Origin: Octopus sinensis
Taxonomy: Eukaryota
Assembly (NCBI RefSeq): GCF_006345805.1
Contig: NC_043026.1
Coordinates: 10,292,001 to 10,356,000, forward strand
Direction: 5' to 3'
DNA length: 64,000 nt
In this document: one piece after another, positions 13,113-29,369 of the stretch
Layout of the letters: every line of letters starts with the position of its first letter
Position numbering within the stretch: position 1 is the first letter of the stretch
Program-made: the position numbers and the translations under genes
The notes under the pieces: model-generated
Seen by the model: the letters and a program-made list of their open reading frames with translations, nothing else
Told to the model about the DNA's origin: nothing
Databases searched by the model: none

Positions 13113-16100
13113 CTATAAAGATATCACAGTCACATGATCTAATCACTTCTCTCATGTGTTCAGAAGAAATGAATCATACAATTTTTTCACTCTCTTCCAA
13201 TAGTTTGCCTCTCAAATCCCAGGTTATATTTTTTCTTTTTTTTTTTATACTTTATTTCTTGCAAACAGTTCTTCTGCTGTATTTATGTCCAGTGTTACTT
13301 ATGTTTAGCAACACTTCAATTAATTTATCCAACTTCAATCAGCACACAGGCTTCTCTTCTTCACACTCCAGTTGGTGATGTCCAGAAATTTGGCTAATAA
13401 CATTTTTTCAGAACAAATGTTTCACAGGAATTCTTCTACAGTTTTGTAAAACCAATCTGATACATCTGTTTCGGAGAATATTTTCTTTAGTCTTTAAAAC
13501 AGGATAGAGTTGAGGGTTCGTCTTCCGTTACACCACTGTCATCTGATGCTCTGAAATTAAAGACAAAGAACAGTGTCAGATGTAGAGGCTATTTAAAAAA
13601 ATAAATGATTCATTTCATAGAGATAATCTGAAGAGATAAACATTTGCCTTAACTGACCTGGATGCTGACAGCACCATAAAGAAGTGCTAACCTCTAAAAG
13701 CAGATGGAACATGTGGGTCACCCAGAAAGACAGGCTATGAAGTGCTGAAGAACTTTTCAGGTGAGATGACAAAGGACCAACATTCCTGGGGCCTTGTTGT
13801 ACTCAAGAAGATCCACACTTCATAACAGATGTGTTAAGACTCATCCCACTTCTAGTTAAAAGCACTTACGGCCATTCCTCATAAAAGTAGCCATGCAATG
13901 CCATGTAAAAATGCTGCTACATTCAAATGTCCATGTGGTGCCACATAAAAGCACCCTATGGCACAATATGTAGTGGTTGGCACTTGGAAAGGCATCCAGT
14001 AGAAACCATGACAATTCAGACTGAAGGCTGCTGCAGCTCCCCATCCAACCATGCCAGCATGGACAATGGATAATGAAAAGACGATGATCAAATGAACATC
14101 CTAATTTATCAAAATTTACTCCACAGAATCTTGTGTGAAGCTGACATATTTGTAAACTACACTGACCCCTCCACATTGTGTAACAGTTTGAAAAGAAAAC
14201 CACAGAATAGGGGACACTAACATTAGTCCTTCTGTAGAAATAGAACTTGATACTGTTCTTTAGATCCAGGTCACTTCTGACAGAGCAGACATGTGATTAA
14301 TGACATTCCATCCATGACAATCCTGTCTGTTTGTATAGTGTTGTATATCTATGACTACATCATCCCTCAAACCACACACCCTTTTCTAAACCTTTTTTAT
14401 ACACCCCTTCCCTTTCGGCTACGGGGAATGCGAATCAGCAAAAATTGACATTTCTAAACTACACCAACTCCTCCCCCATTTCCATGATTTTAAACTTTTT
14501 TCTCCTTAAAATATGCGGGAAAATACGGAGATTATGACAAGGAAAAAAAATTCCAGAAATCTTTGTAAAATGTTTTTTTAAAGAATTTTTTTCTTTTCTA
14601 AAAATGCGGAAAAATACGGAGACATCAGGATACGGACAAAAATTTCAAAGCATCTCTGTACTTACGGTTAGGGTTTTTGGGTTAGTGTTACGGAAAAAAG
14701 TCATAATTGAAGAAGTTAGTCGGGGAATTTTCACAATGCCGATTTTTAGCAACTTTCCGGAATCTCCGTATTCGAAAACGGGGATTTTTTAGGGAAAAAA
14801 AAAAATTTAATAAACAAATTGGGAGAAAATAGGGGTGGGCTTTGGTGGAAGTCTTTATTAATTTATTTTATTTCGTTTCCAAGTAATGTTGTAAACATTA
14901 ACCAAATAAGGTTTTGGCTTCTAAACATTTCAGTGGTCAGGGTGTCTTTCAGTACATTTCTCAAACTAAAACACGCAACAAACGGGGCAACGATGGAGAG
15001 TGCAGACGGTAGCTTCCAAAGCTAGAAATAGCAGCTAAATCACACACGTAGCTAGAAATAACAGCCAAATCTCGCACAAACGAAGGACATCTCTCATTCA
15101 TAAAACATAGAAGAGAAACAAAGAAATGACGCGCCAAAAACCGAAACGTCTACAGAATTAAAAACATTGAATATTTTCATTGTTTAATACTTACGGAACT
15201 GTTTCATAAAGGACAGTGTTGTTATGTATGTGTGTGTCTGGTAGTTGAGGAATACATTAGAACTATTATAAATGTATTATTAGCTGATTAAGAGAAATTC
15301 ACGCACCTGTACATTTAACCAGATATCAACGTCAAGCAGGAAGGACGTTTAAACGCGCATGTGTCGGTAGAAAATAGCGAAGGGAGCTAAGTCTCCTTAA
15401 ATCAATTGGGTTTAATATCTTATTTATTTCTTTATTATTATTTTATCCAGTTTCAGCTCACGAGCTGTGGCCATGCTGGGGCACCGCCATTTGGTGTTGC
15501 TACATGATTTTACTTGACGAATGCTTTTTAGCACCTGCCATTTGGTGCATGAGAGAGTTCGATGCAGCTGCCCTTATTTGCACCTCCTGCCGTGAAGTTG
15601 GTTCATCTGGGACACCTGACAGGAAGAGACCCAGTTTTATTTTAAAGACATCTGCATTCACCCCATGCAGGTCTCTCAGGTTCTTCGGGACGATATTGAA
15701 GAGATGTGGGCCTCTGAAGCCCAGGCTATCCCAATATCTTGTCCTACATCTTGATTGCAAATTTGGAGTCCTTGGCACCACGCAGTGGCACACAGCTCTG
15801 GCATTTGTGTAACTCTCGATGCCAAAGTTTGGGACAAGTCCTTCTAGGATCTTCCGGTGTATATTATGGCATATCTCTCATCGATAGATGGAAATAGTAG
15901 CTAAATCTTGCACAAATTATAGACATCTTTCATCGATTGCTAGAAATAGCAGCCAAATCCCGCAAAAGTCAAGGACATCATTCGTTCATAAAACACAGAA
16001 GAGAAACAAAGAATCGATGCGCCAAAAAACCGAAAGTCTACAGAATTAAAAGCATGGAAGATCTTCATTGTTTAATACTTACGGAAATGTTTCATAAGGG

Positions 16101-18203
16101 ATAGTGTCGTTATATGTGTGTGTGTATCTGGTAGCTGAGGAATGCGTTAGAGTTATTATAAATGAATTATCAGCTGATTAAAAGGAATTCATTCACAGGA
16201 CATTTAAGCCATGTGTAACATGAAAATTTGTAGGATAGATGTCCCTACATCATGTGTGAGAAAAAGGGCAGGGAACTGGGGAAGGGGATTAAAAATGTAT
16301 ATAAATACCTGTTGCACAGCCGCCAGCAGGCAGCCCAGCAAGTTGTTAAGGTGAGACAGTGTCACACGACAACTTGCTGGGGGTGCCTGCTGGAGCCTTT
16401 GCGGCAGGTATTTAAAGAAAAATTTGATGAGACGGTCAGTCACCGGCTGACACTCGCTGACGATACATCGAAGAGGCCAGGGAACAGAAGAAGAAAGAAG
16501 GCATGCACCCAACACCAGAGCTTAAGACACCTCCGAAAGTGGGGGCCCCGTCACGTCAAGACAGTAGAAGAGTAGGGGCCGAAACCGGGCGTGGTTACTC
16601 CTGATGATGTCTTCAGCTAACTGGATCCTATAAAGGATCTGTTGTGGTAGCAGACCACGAAACACAGTTGTAATTCCTCAAATAATATAATTGCAGGTTC
16701 ACGAAATAAATTAAATAACAAAAGAAGATATTAAAGAATTATTTAACGAGAACTTTAGTCTTGAAACATTTTCACGATGATACTCCTACACACATCATTG
16801 GTCATAACTTCCTGGACAACCTTATAAATTATACGGTGTGGGTCTTCACAGTTACGGCATATCTCCAGAGGCCTGTGTCTCTTGTCATTGCCTCTGTGAA
16901 GCCCACCATTTGAAGTCGTGCCTAACCACCTCATCTTATGTCTTCCTGGGTCTCCCTCTTCCGCAAGTTCCTTCCACTGTTAGGGAGTGACACTAATTCA
17001 CAAAGCTCTCCTCATCCATATGCAGCACATGAACATACAAACACAGTTGTCTCTCTTGCACACCACATCTGATGCTTCTTATATCCAACATTTCTTTAAG
17101 GGCACTTATACTCTGTCGTGCATGGACACTGACATTACACATCCAGCAGATCATACTAGCTTCATTTCTTTCAAGCCTACATATGTCCTCAACAGTCATG
17201 GCCCATGTTACTCTGCCGTGTAGCATGGCAGTACACACACATGCATCATACAGTCTATATTTCACTCTGAAAGAGTGGTCCTTCGACACCAGTAGCGGCC
17301 GGAAATTTCTGAAATTTGCACAGGCTATTCTTATTCTAGTGACAACGGTCTCCGAGCATCCACACCAACTACAGACATAGTCACATAGGTAACAGAAGTT
17401 ATCAACTATTTCTAGTTTCTCCCTCTAGCATGTGATGGAATCTGTTTGCTGAGCATCTTCGGTGTTTAGTGCTCCTGTGCATCTGCCACACAAAAAAGCT
17501 GTCAGCCGTAGCCTATACCAGTGTTGCATAACCAGCTCATTTCAGAAGTACCTTTGAATCGTTGGGTGACACACTGTGCTTAAGGGGACCTACTGAGTCA
17601 AGTAAAATCAAAAATGGAAACTGTAGTTGTGGCCGATGCCAGCGACACCTGACTGGCCCCCTGTGCCAGTGGAATGTAAAAAGCATCATCAAAAGTAACA
17701 TTTTTCTTTTATGGCAAAGCATGCCCCTAATTCAATCAAATTACAAAGGTTACCCTGATTACTACCCATGACATGCAAAATGTCTTATTTTTTGTAGATT
17801 AAGGAGCCATAATTCGCCCCTGCCCCTCAATTACAGTGTTAAAACTACATATAGTACAGCTGTAGTACATGTGCTGTGTACACTCCTATAACAACGTTTT
17901 CTTTACATGCTAAAGATACAAGTAATTCTGCCTCCAACTCAGTCGCATGCCTGTGTTTCACTATGCAAACGTCACCGATGCCCTACCCTGGGTAATTACT
18001 GATGGCACATGCCTGATGTGTAGGGTTGTCAGGAGGAGGGGTTTTGGTACATTATGGAAAGGAATCTGTAAAAGCAGTTGTGGAAGGAGAGGCGAAAATT
18101 ACAAAAAAAAAAACAAGGAAATATAAAATTTTTGAAATATTTTTACTCATATTTTCCATTACATGAAACACAAGAATATTAAAAATATATAGCGAACAAG
18201 GAA

Positions 18204-19451
18204 CTACCCTTTTCCTGTCTTCCCTGTATGAATATGTCTGTGTCTTGTTAAGATAGAATTTTGAGAAAATGCTTTACCACAGATATCACAATTATATGGT
18301 TTCTCTCCTGTATGAATACGTTTATGTGCAATTAAGTTTCTATTGTCAGTGAATGATTTACCACAGATATCACAGTGATATGGTTTCTCTCCTGTATGAA
18401 TACGTTTGTGTTTCATTAAGTTTCTATTGTTAGAGAATGATTTACCACAGACATCACAATGATATGGTTTCTCTCCTGTATGAATCAGTTTGTGATTCAT
18501 TAAGTTTCTATTGTCAGAGAATGATTTACCACAGATATTGCAGTGAAATGGTTTCTCCCCTGTATGAACACGTTTGTGTATAGTTAAATAATCATTTTTA
18601 GAGAATGATTTACCACAGATTTCGCAATGATATGGTTTCTCTCCTGTATGAATACGTTTATGTGCAGTTAAGACACAATTATAAGAGAATGATTTACCAC
18701 AGATATCGCAGTGAAATGGTTTCTCTCCTGTGTGAATACGTTTGTGTATAGTTAAATTAGAGTTTTTAGAGAATGATTTACCACAGATTTCACAATGATA
18801 TGGTTTCTCTCCTGTATGAATACGTTTGTGATTCATTAAGTTTCTATCGTCAGAGAATGATTTACCACAGATTTCACAATGATGTGGTTTCTCTCCTGTA
18901 TGAAAACGTTTGTGTCTAGTTAAGACATTATTATGAGAGAATGATTTACCACAAATATCACAATGATATGGTTTCTCTCCAGTGTGAATACGTCTATGTG
19001 CAGTTAAGACACAATTATAAGAGAATGATTTACCACAGATATCACAGTGATATGGTTTCTCACCTGTATGAATACGTTTGTGGGAAGTTAAGATTCTATT
19101 TTCAGAGAATGATTTACCACAGATGTCACAGTGATATGGTTTCTCACCTGTATGAGTACGTCTGTGTATAGTTACATGACTAATGTTAGTAAATGATTTA
19201 CCACAGATATCACAATTATATGGTTTCTCTCCTGTATGAGTACGTTTGTGAGCAGTAACATCACCACTCTGAGAGAATGATTTACCACAGATATCACATG
19301 GATATAATTTCTCTCCAGTGTGAATACGTTTGTGTCTAGATAAGTAACTACTGTGAGAGAAGGAATTACCACAGACGTCACAATGATAGGGTTTCTCCCC
19401 TGTATGAATACGTTTGTGCATAATTAGTTTAATTTCTTTTAAAAAAGACAT
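18204..19451 (-). CDS. C2H2 ZNF protein U3, 415 aa, 14 fingers
   Basis: Uninterrupted ORF, all fingers canonical; acceptor at ~19894. Confidence 0.95.
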   Translation of the reverse strand: MSFLKEIKLIMHKRIHTGEKPYHCDVCGNSFSHSSYLSRHKRIHTGEKLYPCDICGKSFSQSGDVTAHKRTHTGEKPYNCDICGKSFTNISHVTIHRRTHTGEKPYHCDICGKSFSENRILTSHKRIHTGEKPYHCDICGKSFSYNCVLTAHRRIHTGEKPYHCDICGKSFSHNNVLTRHKRFHTGEKPHHCEICGKSFSDDRNLMNHKRIHTGEKPYHCEICGKSFSKNSNLTIHKRIHTGEKPFHCDICGKSFSYNCVLTAHKRIHTGEKPYHCEICGKSFSKNDYLTIHKRVHTGEKPFHCNICGKSFSDNRNLMNHKLIHTGEKPYHCDVCGKSFSNNRNLMKHKRIHTGEKPYHCDICGKSFTDNRNLIAHKRIHTGEKPYNCDICGKAFSQNSILTRHRHIHTGKTGKG

Positions 19452-22400
19452 CTATAAAGATATCACAGTCACATGATCTAATCACTTCTCTCATGTGTTC
19501 AGAAGAAATGAATCATACAATTTTTTCACTCTCTTCCAATATTTTGCCTCTCAAATCCCAGCTTATATTTTTTCTTCTTTTTCTTTTTATACTTTATTTC
19601 TTGCAAACAGTTCTTCTGCTGTATTTATGTCCAGTGTTACTTATGTTTAGCAACACTTCAATTAATTTATCCAACTTCAATCAGCACACAGGCTTCTCTT
19701 CTTCACACTCCAGTTGGTGATGTCCAGAAATTTGGCTAATAACATTTTTTCAGAACAAATGTTTCACAGGAATTCTTCTACAGTTTTGTAAAACCAATCT
19801 GATACATCTGTTTCGGAGAATATTTTCTTTTAGTCTTTAAAACAGGATAGAGTTGAGGGTTCGTCTTCCGTTACACCACTGTCATCTGATGCTCTGAAAT
19901 TAAAGACAAAGAACAGTGTCAGATGTAGAGGCTATTTAAAAAAATAAATGATTCATTTCTATAGAGATAATCTGAAGAGATAAACATTTGCCTTAACTGA
20001 GCTGGATGCTGACAGCACCATAAAGAAGTGCTAACCTCTAAAAGCAGATGGAACATGTGGGTCACCCAGAAAGACAGGCTATGAAGTGCTGAAGAACTTT
20101 TCAGGTGAGATGACAAAGGACCAACATTCCTGGGGCCTTGTTGTACTCAAGAAGATCCACACTTCATAACAGATGTGTTAAGACTCATCCCTCTTCTAGT
20201 TAAAAGCACTTACGGCCATTCCTCATAAAAGTAGCCATGCAATGCCACGTAAAAATGCTGCTACATTCAAATGTCCATGTGGTGCCACATAAAAGCACCC
20301 AATGGCACAATATAGAGTGTTTGGCACTTGGAAAGGCATCCAGTAGAAACCATGACAATTCAGACTGAAGGCTGCTGCAGCTCCCCATCCAACCATGCCA
20401 GGATGGACAATGGATAATGAAAAGACGATGATCAAATGAACATCCTAATTTATCAAAATTTACTCCACAGAATCTTGTGTGAAGCTGACATATTTGTAAA
20501 CTACACTGACCCCTCCACATTGTGTAACAGTTTGAAAAGAAAACCACAGAATAGGGGACGCTAACATTAGTCCTTCTGTAGAAATAGAACTTGATACTGT
20601 TCTTTAGATCCAGGTCACTTCTGACAGAGCAGACATGTGATTAATGACATTCCATCCATGACAATCCTGTCTGTTTGTATAGTGTTGTATATCTATGACT
20701 ACATCATCCCCTCAAACCCACACACCCTTTTCTAAACCTTTTTTATACACCCCTTCCCCTTTCGGCTACGGGGAATGCGAATCAGCAAAAATTGACATTT
20801 CTAAACTACACCAACTCCTCCCCCATTTCCATGATTTTAAACTTTTTTCTCCTTAAAATATGCGGGAAAATACGGAGATTATGACAAGGAAAAAAAATTC
20901 CAGAAATCTTTGTAAAATGTTTTTTTAAAGAATTTTTTTCTTTTCTAAAAATGCGGAAAAATACGGAGACATCAGGATACGGACAAAAATTTCAAAGCAT
21001 CTCTGTACTTACGGTTAGGGTTTTTGGGTTAGTGTTACGGAAAAAAGTCAAAATTGAAGAAGTTAGTCGGGGAATTTTCACAATGCCGATTTTTAGCAAC
21101 TTTCCGGAATCTCCGTATTCGAAAACGGGGATTTTTTAGGGAAAAAAAAAATTTAATAAACAAATTTGGGAGAAAATAGGGGTGGGCTTTGGTGGAAGTC
21201 TTTTATTAATTTATTTTATTTCGTTTCCAAGTAATGTTGTAAACATTAACCAAATAAGGTTTTGGCTTCTAAACATTTCAGTGGTCAGGGTGTCTTTCAG
21301 TACATTTCTCAAACTAAAACACGCAACAAACGGGGCAACGATGGAGAGTGCAGACGGTAGCTTCCAAAGCTAGAAATAGCAGCTAAATCACACACGTAGC
21401 TAGAAATAACAGCCAAATCTCGCACAAACGAAGGACATCTCTTATTCATAAAACATAGAAGAGAAACAAAGAAATGACGCGCCAAAAACCGAAACGTCTA
21501 CAGAATTAAAAACATTGAATATTTTCATTGTTTAATACTTACGGAACTGTTTCATAAAGGACAGTGTTGTTATGTATGTGTGTGTCTGGTAGTTGAGGAA
21601 TACATTAGAACTATTATAAATGTATTATTAGCTGATTAAGAGAAATTCACGCACCTGCACATTTAACCAGATATCAACGTCAAGCAGGAAGGACGTTTAA
21701 ACGCGCATGTGTCGGTAGAAAATAGCGAAGGGAGCTAAGTCTCCTTAAATCAATTGGGTTTAATATCTTGTTTATTTATTTATTATTATTTTATCCAGTT
21801 TCAGCACACGAGCTGCGGCCATGCTGGGGCACCGCCATTTGGTGTTGCTACATGATTTTACTTCACAAATGCTTTTTAGCAACTGCCATTTGGTGCATGA
21901 GAGAGTTCGATGCAGCTGCCCTTATTTGCACCTCCTGCCGTGAAGTTGGTTCATCTGGGATACCTGAGAGGAAGAGACCCAGTTTTATTTTAAAGATATC
22001 TGCATCCACCCCATGCAGGTCTCTCAGGTTCTTCGGGAGGATATTGAAGAGATGTGGGCCTTGGAAGCCCAGGCTATCACAATATCTTGTCCTACATCTT
22101 GATGTCAAATTTGAGTCCTTGGCACCACGCAGTGGCACACAGTTCTGGCATTTGTGTAACTCTCGATGCCAAAGTTTGGGACAAGTCCTTCTAGGATCTT
22201 CCGGGTGTATATTATTGCATATCTCTCGTCGATAGCTGGAAATAGTAGCTAAATCTTGCACAAATTATAGACATCTCTCATCGATTGCTAGAAATAGCAG
22301 CCAAATCACGCAAAATTCAAGGAAATCATTCGTTCATAAAACACAGAGGAGAAACAAAGAATCGATGCGCCAAAAAACCGAACGTCTACAGAATTAAAAG

Positions 22401-24546
22401 CATGGAAGATCTTCGTTGTTTAATACTTACGAAAATGTTTCATAAGGGATAGTGTTGGTATATGTGTGTCTGTATCTGGTAGCTGAGGAATGCGTTAGAG
22501 TTATTATAAATGAATTATCAGCTGATTAAAAGGAATTCGTTCACAGGACATTTAAGCCATGTGTAACATGAAAATTTGTAGGATAGATGTCCCTACATCA
22601 TGTGTGAGAAAAAGGGCAGGGAACTGTAGAAGGGGATTAAAAATGTAAATAAATACCTGTTGCACAGCCGCCAGCAGGCAGCCCCAGCAAGTTGTTAAGG
22701 TGAGACAGTGTCACACAACAACTTGCTGGGGGTGCCTGCTGGAGCCTTTGCGGCAGGTATTTAAAGAGAAGAATTTGACGAAACACTCAGTCACCGGCTG
22801 ACACTCGCTGACGATACATCGAAGAGGCCAGGGAACAGAAGAAAGAAGGCATGCACCCAACACCAGAGCTGAAGACACCTCCGAAAGTGGGGGCCCCGTC
22901 ACGTCAAGACAGTAGAGGAGTAGGGGCCGAAACCGGGCGTGGTTCCTCCTGATGATGTCTTTAGCTAACTGGATCCTATAAAGGATCTGTTGTGGTAGCA
23001 AACCACGAAATACGGTTGTAATTTCTCAAATAATATAATTGCAGGTTCACGAAATAATTTAAATAACAAAACAAGATATTATTAAAGAATTATTTAACGA
23101 GAACTTTAGTCTTGAAACATTTTCACGATGATACTCCTACACACATCATTGGTCATAACTTCCTGGACAACCTTATAATTTATACGGTGTGGGTCTTCAC
23201 AGTCACGGCATATCTCCAAAGGCCTGTGTCTCTTGTCATTGCCTCTGTGAAGCCCACCATTTGAAGTCATCCCTAACCACCTCATCTTATTGTCTTCCTG
23301 GGTCTCCCTCTTCCGCAAGTTCCTTCCATTGTTAGGGAGTGACACTTCTTCACAAAGCTCTCCTCATCCATATGCAGCAAAGGAACATACAAACACAGTC
23401 GTCTCTCTTGCACACCACATCTGATGCTTCTTATATTCAACATTTCTCTAAGGGCACTTATACTCTGTCGTGCATGGACACTGACATTACACATCCAGCA
23501 GATCATACTAGCTTCATTTCTTTCAAGCCTACATATGTCCTCAACAGTCATGGCCATGTTACTCTGTCGTGTAGCATGGCAGTACACACACATGCATCAT
23601 ACAGTCTACATTTCACTCTGAACGAGTGGTCCTTTGACACCAGTAGAGGCCGGATATTTCAGAACTTTGCACAGGCTATTCTTATTCTAGTGACAACGGT
23701 CTCCGAGCATCCACACCAACTACAGACATATTCACCTAGGTAACAGAAGTTATCAATTATTTCTAGTTTCTCCCTCTAGCATGTGATGGAATCTGTTTGC
23801 TGAGCATCTTCGGTGTTTAATTCTCCTGTGCATCTGCCACACAAAAAAGCTGTCAGCCGTAGCCTATACCAGTGTCGCATAACCAGCTCATTTCAGAAGT
23901 ACCTTTGAATCGTTGGGTGACACACTGTGCTTAAGGGGACCTACTAAGTCAAGTAAAATCAAAAATGGAAACTGTAGTTGTGGCCGATGCCAGCGTCACC
24001 TGACTGGCCCCCTGTGCCAGTGGAATGTTAAAAGCATCATCAAAAAGTAACATTTTTCTTTTACTGCAAAGCAAGCCCCTAATTCAATAAAATTACAAAG
24101 GTTACCCTGATAACCACCCATAACATGCAAAATGTCTTATTATTTTGTAGATTAAGGAGCCATAATTCGCCCCTGCCCCTCAATTCCAGTGTTAAAACTA
24201 CATATAGTACAGCTGTAGTACATGTGCTGTGTACACTCCTATAACAACGTTTTCTTTACATGCTAAAGACACAAGTAATTCTGCCTCCAACTCAGTCGCA
24301 TGCCTGTGTTTCACTATGCAAAGATCACCGATGCCCTACCCTGAATAATTATGCCTGATATGTAGGGTTGTCAGGAGGAGGCGTTTTTGTACATTATGGA
24401 AAGGAATCTGTACAAGCAGTTGTGGAAGAAGGAGAGGCAAATATTACAAAAACAAAACAAAGAAATATAAAATTTTTGAAATATTTTACTCATATTTTCC
24501 ATTACATGAACCACAAGAATATTAAAAATATATAGTGAACAAGGAA

Positions 24547-25864
<1,318 letters not shown>

Positions 25865-27689
25865 TTACAGTCACATGATCTAATCACTTCTCTCATGTGT
25901 TCAGAAGAAATGAATCATACAATTTTTTCACTCTCTTCCAATATTTTGCCTCTCAAATCCCAGTTTATATCTTTTCTTCTTTTTCTTTTTATACTTTATT
26001 TCTTGCAAACAGTTCTTCTGCTGTATTTATGTCCAGTGTTACTTATGTTTAGCAACACTTCAATTAATTTATCCAACTTCAATCAGCACACAGGCTTCTC
26101 TTCTTCACACTCCAGTTGGTGATGTCCAGAAATTTGGCTAATAACATTTTTTCAGAACAAATGTTTCACAGGAATCCTTCTACAGTTTTGTAAAACCAAT
26201 CTGATACATCTGTTTCATAGAATATTTTCTTTTAGTCTTTAAAACAGGATAGAGTTGAGGGTTCGTCTTCCGTTACACCACTGTCATCTGATGCTCTGAA
26301 ATTAAAGACAAAGAACAGTGTCAGATGTAGAGGCTATTTAAAAAAATAAATGATTCATTTCTATAGAGATAACCTGAAGAGATAAACATTTGCCTTAACT
26401 GAGCTGGATGCTGACAGCACCACAAAGAAGTGCTAACCTCTAAAAGCAGATGGAACATGTGGGTCACCCAGAAAGACAGGCTATGAAGTGCTGAAGAACT
26501 TTTCAGGTGAGATGACAAAGGACCAACATTCCTGGTGCCTTGTTGTACTCAAGAAGATCCACACTTCATAACAGATGTGTTAAGACTCATCCCTCTTCTA
26601 GTTAAAAGCACTTGCGGCCATTCCTCATAAAAGTAGCCATGCAATGCCATGTGAAAATGCTCCATGTGGTGCCACAAAAAGCACCCTATGGCACAATTTG
26701 TAGTGGTTGGCACTTGGAAAGGCATCCAGTAGAAACCATGACAATTCAGACTGAAGGCTGCTGCAGCTCCCCATCCAACCATGCCAGCATGGACAATGGA
26801 TAATGAAAAGACGATGATCAAATGAACATCCTAATTTATCAAAATTTATTCCACAGAATCTTGTGTGAAGCTGACATATTTGTAAACTACACTGACCCCT
26901 CCACATTGTGTAACAGTTTGAAAAGAAAACCACAGAATAGGGGACACTAACATTAGTCCTTCTCCAGAAATAGAACTTGATACTGTTCTTTAGATCCAGG
27001 TCATTTCTGACCGAGCCGACATGTGTTTAATGACATTCCATCCATGACAATCCTGTCTGTTTGTATAGTGTTGTATATCTATGACTACATCATCCAATAC
27101 AGTCCTCAATATTCACGACTGGAAGGTGAAACTAAAGGGAGATGAGCAGACACATGACCAGATGGAGAGTTTTAAGACCTACAGTCTTTAATACAGATCA
27201 AACAAGAATGGTGAGTGACGAAAAGTCAACAGAATTAGAAAAGAGAAGAAAAAATACCAACTGATTTCCAACCATGTATTTTGAAGTTCAGTTGCACAGA
27301 GCAGCACCTTGAGCAAGTGTGTTCTTTAATAGCAGCAGTGTGTCTGAAGCCAGATGAGTGGATTGGATAGAAACTGAAAGAAGTTTGTTGTGTGTGACTG
27401 TGTGTTTTCTTGTCTTTATTTTCATATCAAGTTTTATTCTGATTCTGAACTTCACATCCCACTGATGCAATGCCGAGACAAGTCACCGAAGTTGTCTGTA
27501 TACAGGAACACAAATCCACCCTCAACTGTAAATCCGGATGGGGAAACACCCAGATTCCACCCAGGAGTACCCATCTATTATTTCTCTCATTTACACGTAC
27601 AAATCCATACAGACATGTTGAGATGCATGATATTGAAATATATATATGTAGTTATATATAATCAGAAGAGTGTATGTAGATTAATATGT

Positions 27690-27870
27690 ATGTACACACA
27701 TGTAGATGTATGTGTCATTTTGCATGCGTATGTGTTGTTTGAGTATATGTGTGTGTATGAGTGTGTACGTGCATGCACGTATGAACATGTGTGTAGATAT
27801 ATGTATGCACATATATATACCGTCGTCTGCAAAAATACTGACATATATGTGTAGATAGATAAGCGTGTAT
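27690..27870. repeat. TG/TA-rich low-complexity microsatellite tract
   Basis: Degenerate (TG)n/(TA)n/(TATG)n. Confidence 0.7.
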
Positions 27871-29369
27871 ATGTGTATACAAATGTTGAAGTGAATCCAA
27901 CGGTTTTTCTATGTTTTTCAATGGCTTATAAACACCTTCTTTGCAGCAATTGTTTTTATTTCAGCACACGATCGCAGATCAGGTCACTTGCTATGCAAGT
28001 ACATCTCGGTAAATTTTCCTTATATTTACGAGGGACAAAATCGGATCTTGTTAATTTTCTGAAATCCTCTCCTCACCCCATCGGAAAAGATTTTACCCAC
28101 AAATTTCTTTCTAATCGTAACCTCAGCCGTTTGAAATATATTTATATAAAATTTCACTTAAGAAATCCTTTTTCCCAAAAGTTATGAGGGAAAAACTCGG
28201 ATCTTTTGAATTTTCCAAAGTAATCCCCCACCCCTCGTTGTTTTCCGCGCATTTTTGCTTTGATATTCGTTTCCTTCCCTTTCTTTAACACCCGTTGCAC
28301 AAACCCACACACCCTTTTTTAAACCTTTTTTTTACGGGGAATGCGAATCGGTAAAAAAAATTGACAAAAATTGACATTTCTAAATTACACCGACTCCTCC
28401 CCCATTGACAAAAACTTTTTTCTCCTTAAACTTTTTTCTCCTTTAAACTTTTTTCTCCTTAAAATATGCGGGAAAATACGGAGATTATGATTATGAAAAA
28501 AAATTCCAAAAATCTTCGTAAAATGTTTTTTTAAAGAATTTTTTTTTCTAAAAATGCGGAAAAATACGGAGACATCAGGATACGGACAAAAATTTCAAAG
28601 CACCTCTGTACTTACGGTTAGGGTTTTAGGGTTCGTGTTACGGAAAAAAGTCAAAATTGAAGAAGCTAGTCGGGGAATTTTCACAATGCCGATTTTTGGC
28701 AATTTTCCGGAATCTCCGTATTCGAAAACGGGGATTATAATGGGAAAAAAAAATTTAATAAACAAATCTGGGAGAAAATAGGGGTGGGCTTTGGTGGAAG
28801 TCTTTTATTAATTTATTTTATTTCGTTTCCAGGTAATGTTGTAAACATTAACCAAATAAGGTTTTGGCTTCTAAACATTTCAGTGGTCAGGGTGTCTTTC
28901 AGTACATTTCTCAAACTAAAACACGCAACAAACGGGGCAACGATGGAGAGTGCAGACGGTAGCTTCCAAAGCTAGAAATAGCAGCTAAATCACACACGTA
29001 GCTAGAAATAACAGCCAAATCTCGCACAAACGAAGGACATCTCTTATTCATAAAACATAGAAGAGAAACAAAGAAATGACCCGCCAAAAACCGAAACGTC
29101 TACAGAATTAAAAACATTGAATATTTTCATTGTTTAATACTTACGGAAGTGTTTCATAAAGGACAGTGTTGTTATATACGTGTGTGTCTGGTAGTTGAGG
29201 AATACATTAGAACTATTATAAATGTATTATTAGCTGATTAAGAGAAATCCACGCACCTGCACATTTAACCAGATATCAACGTCAAGCAGGAAGGACGTTT
29301 AAACGCGCATGTGTCGGTAGAAAATAGCGAAGGGAGCTAAGTCTCCTTAAATCAATTGGATTTAATATC

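Noticed and set aside
11949-19451. PRDM9-like or KRAB/BTB/ZAD-ZNF identity
   Set aside because: No SET, KRAB, SCAN, BTB or ZAD sequence recognisable upstream; only the mode of finger variation is similar.
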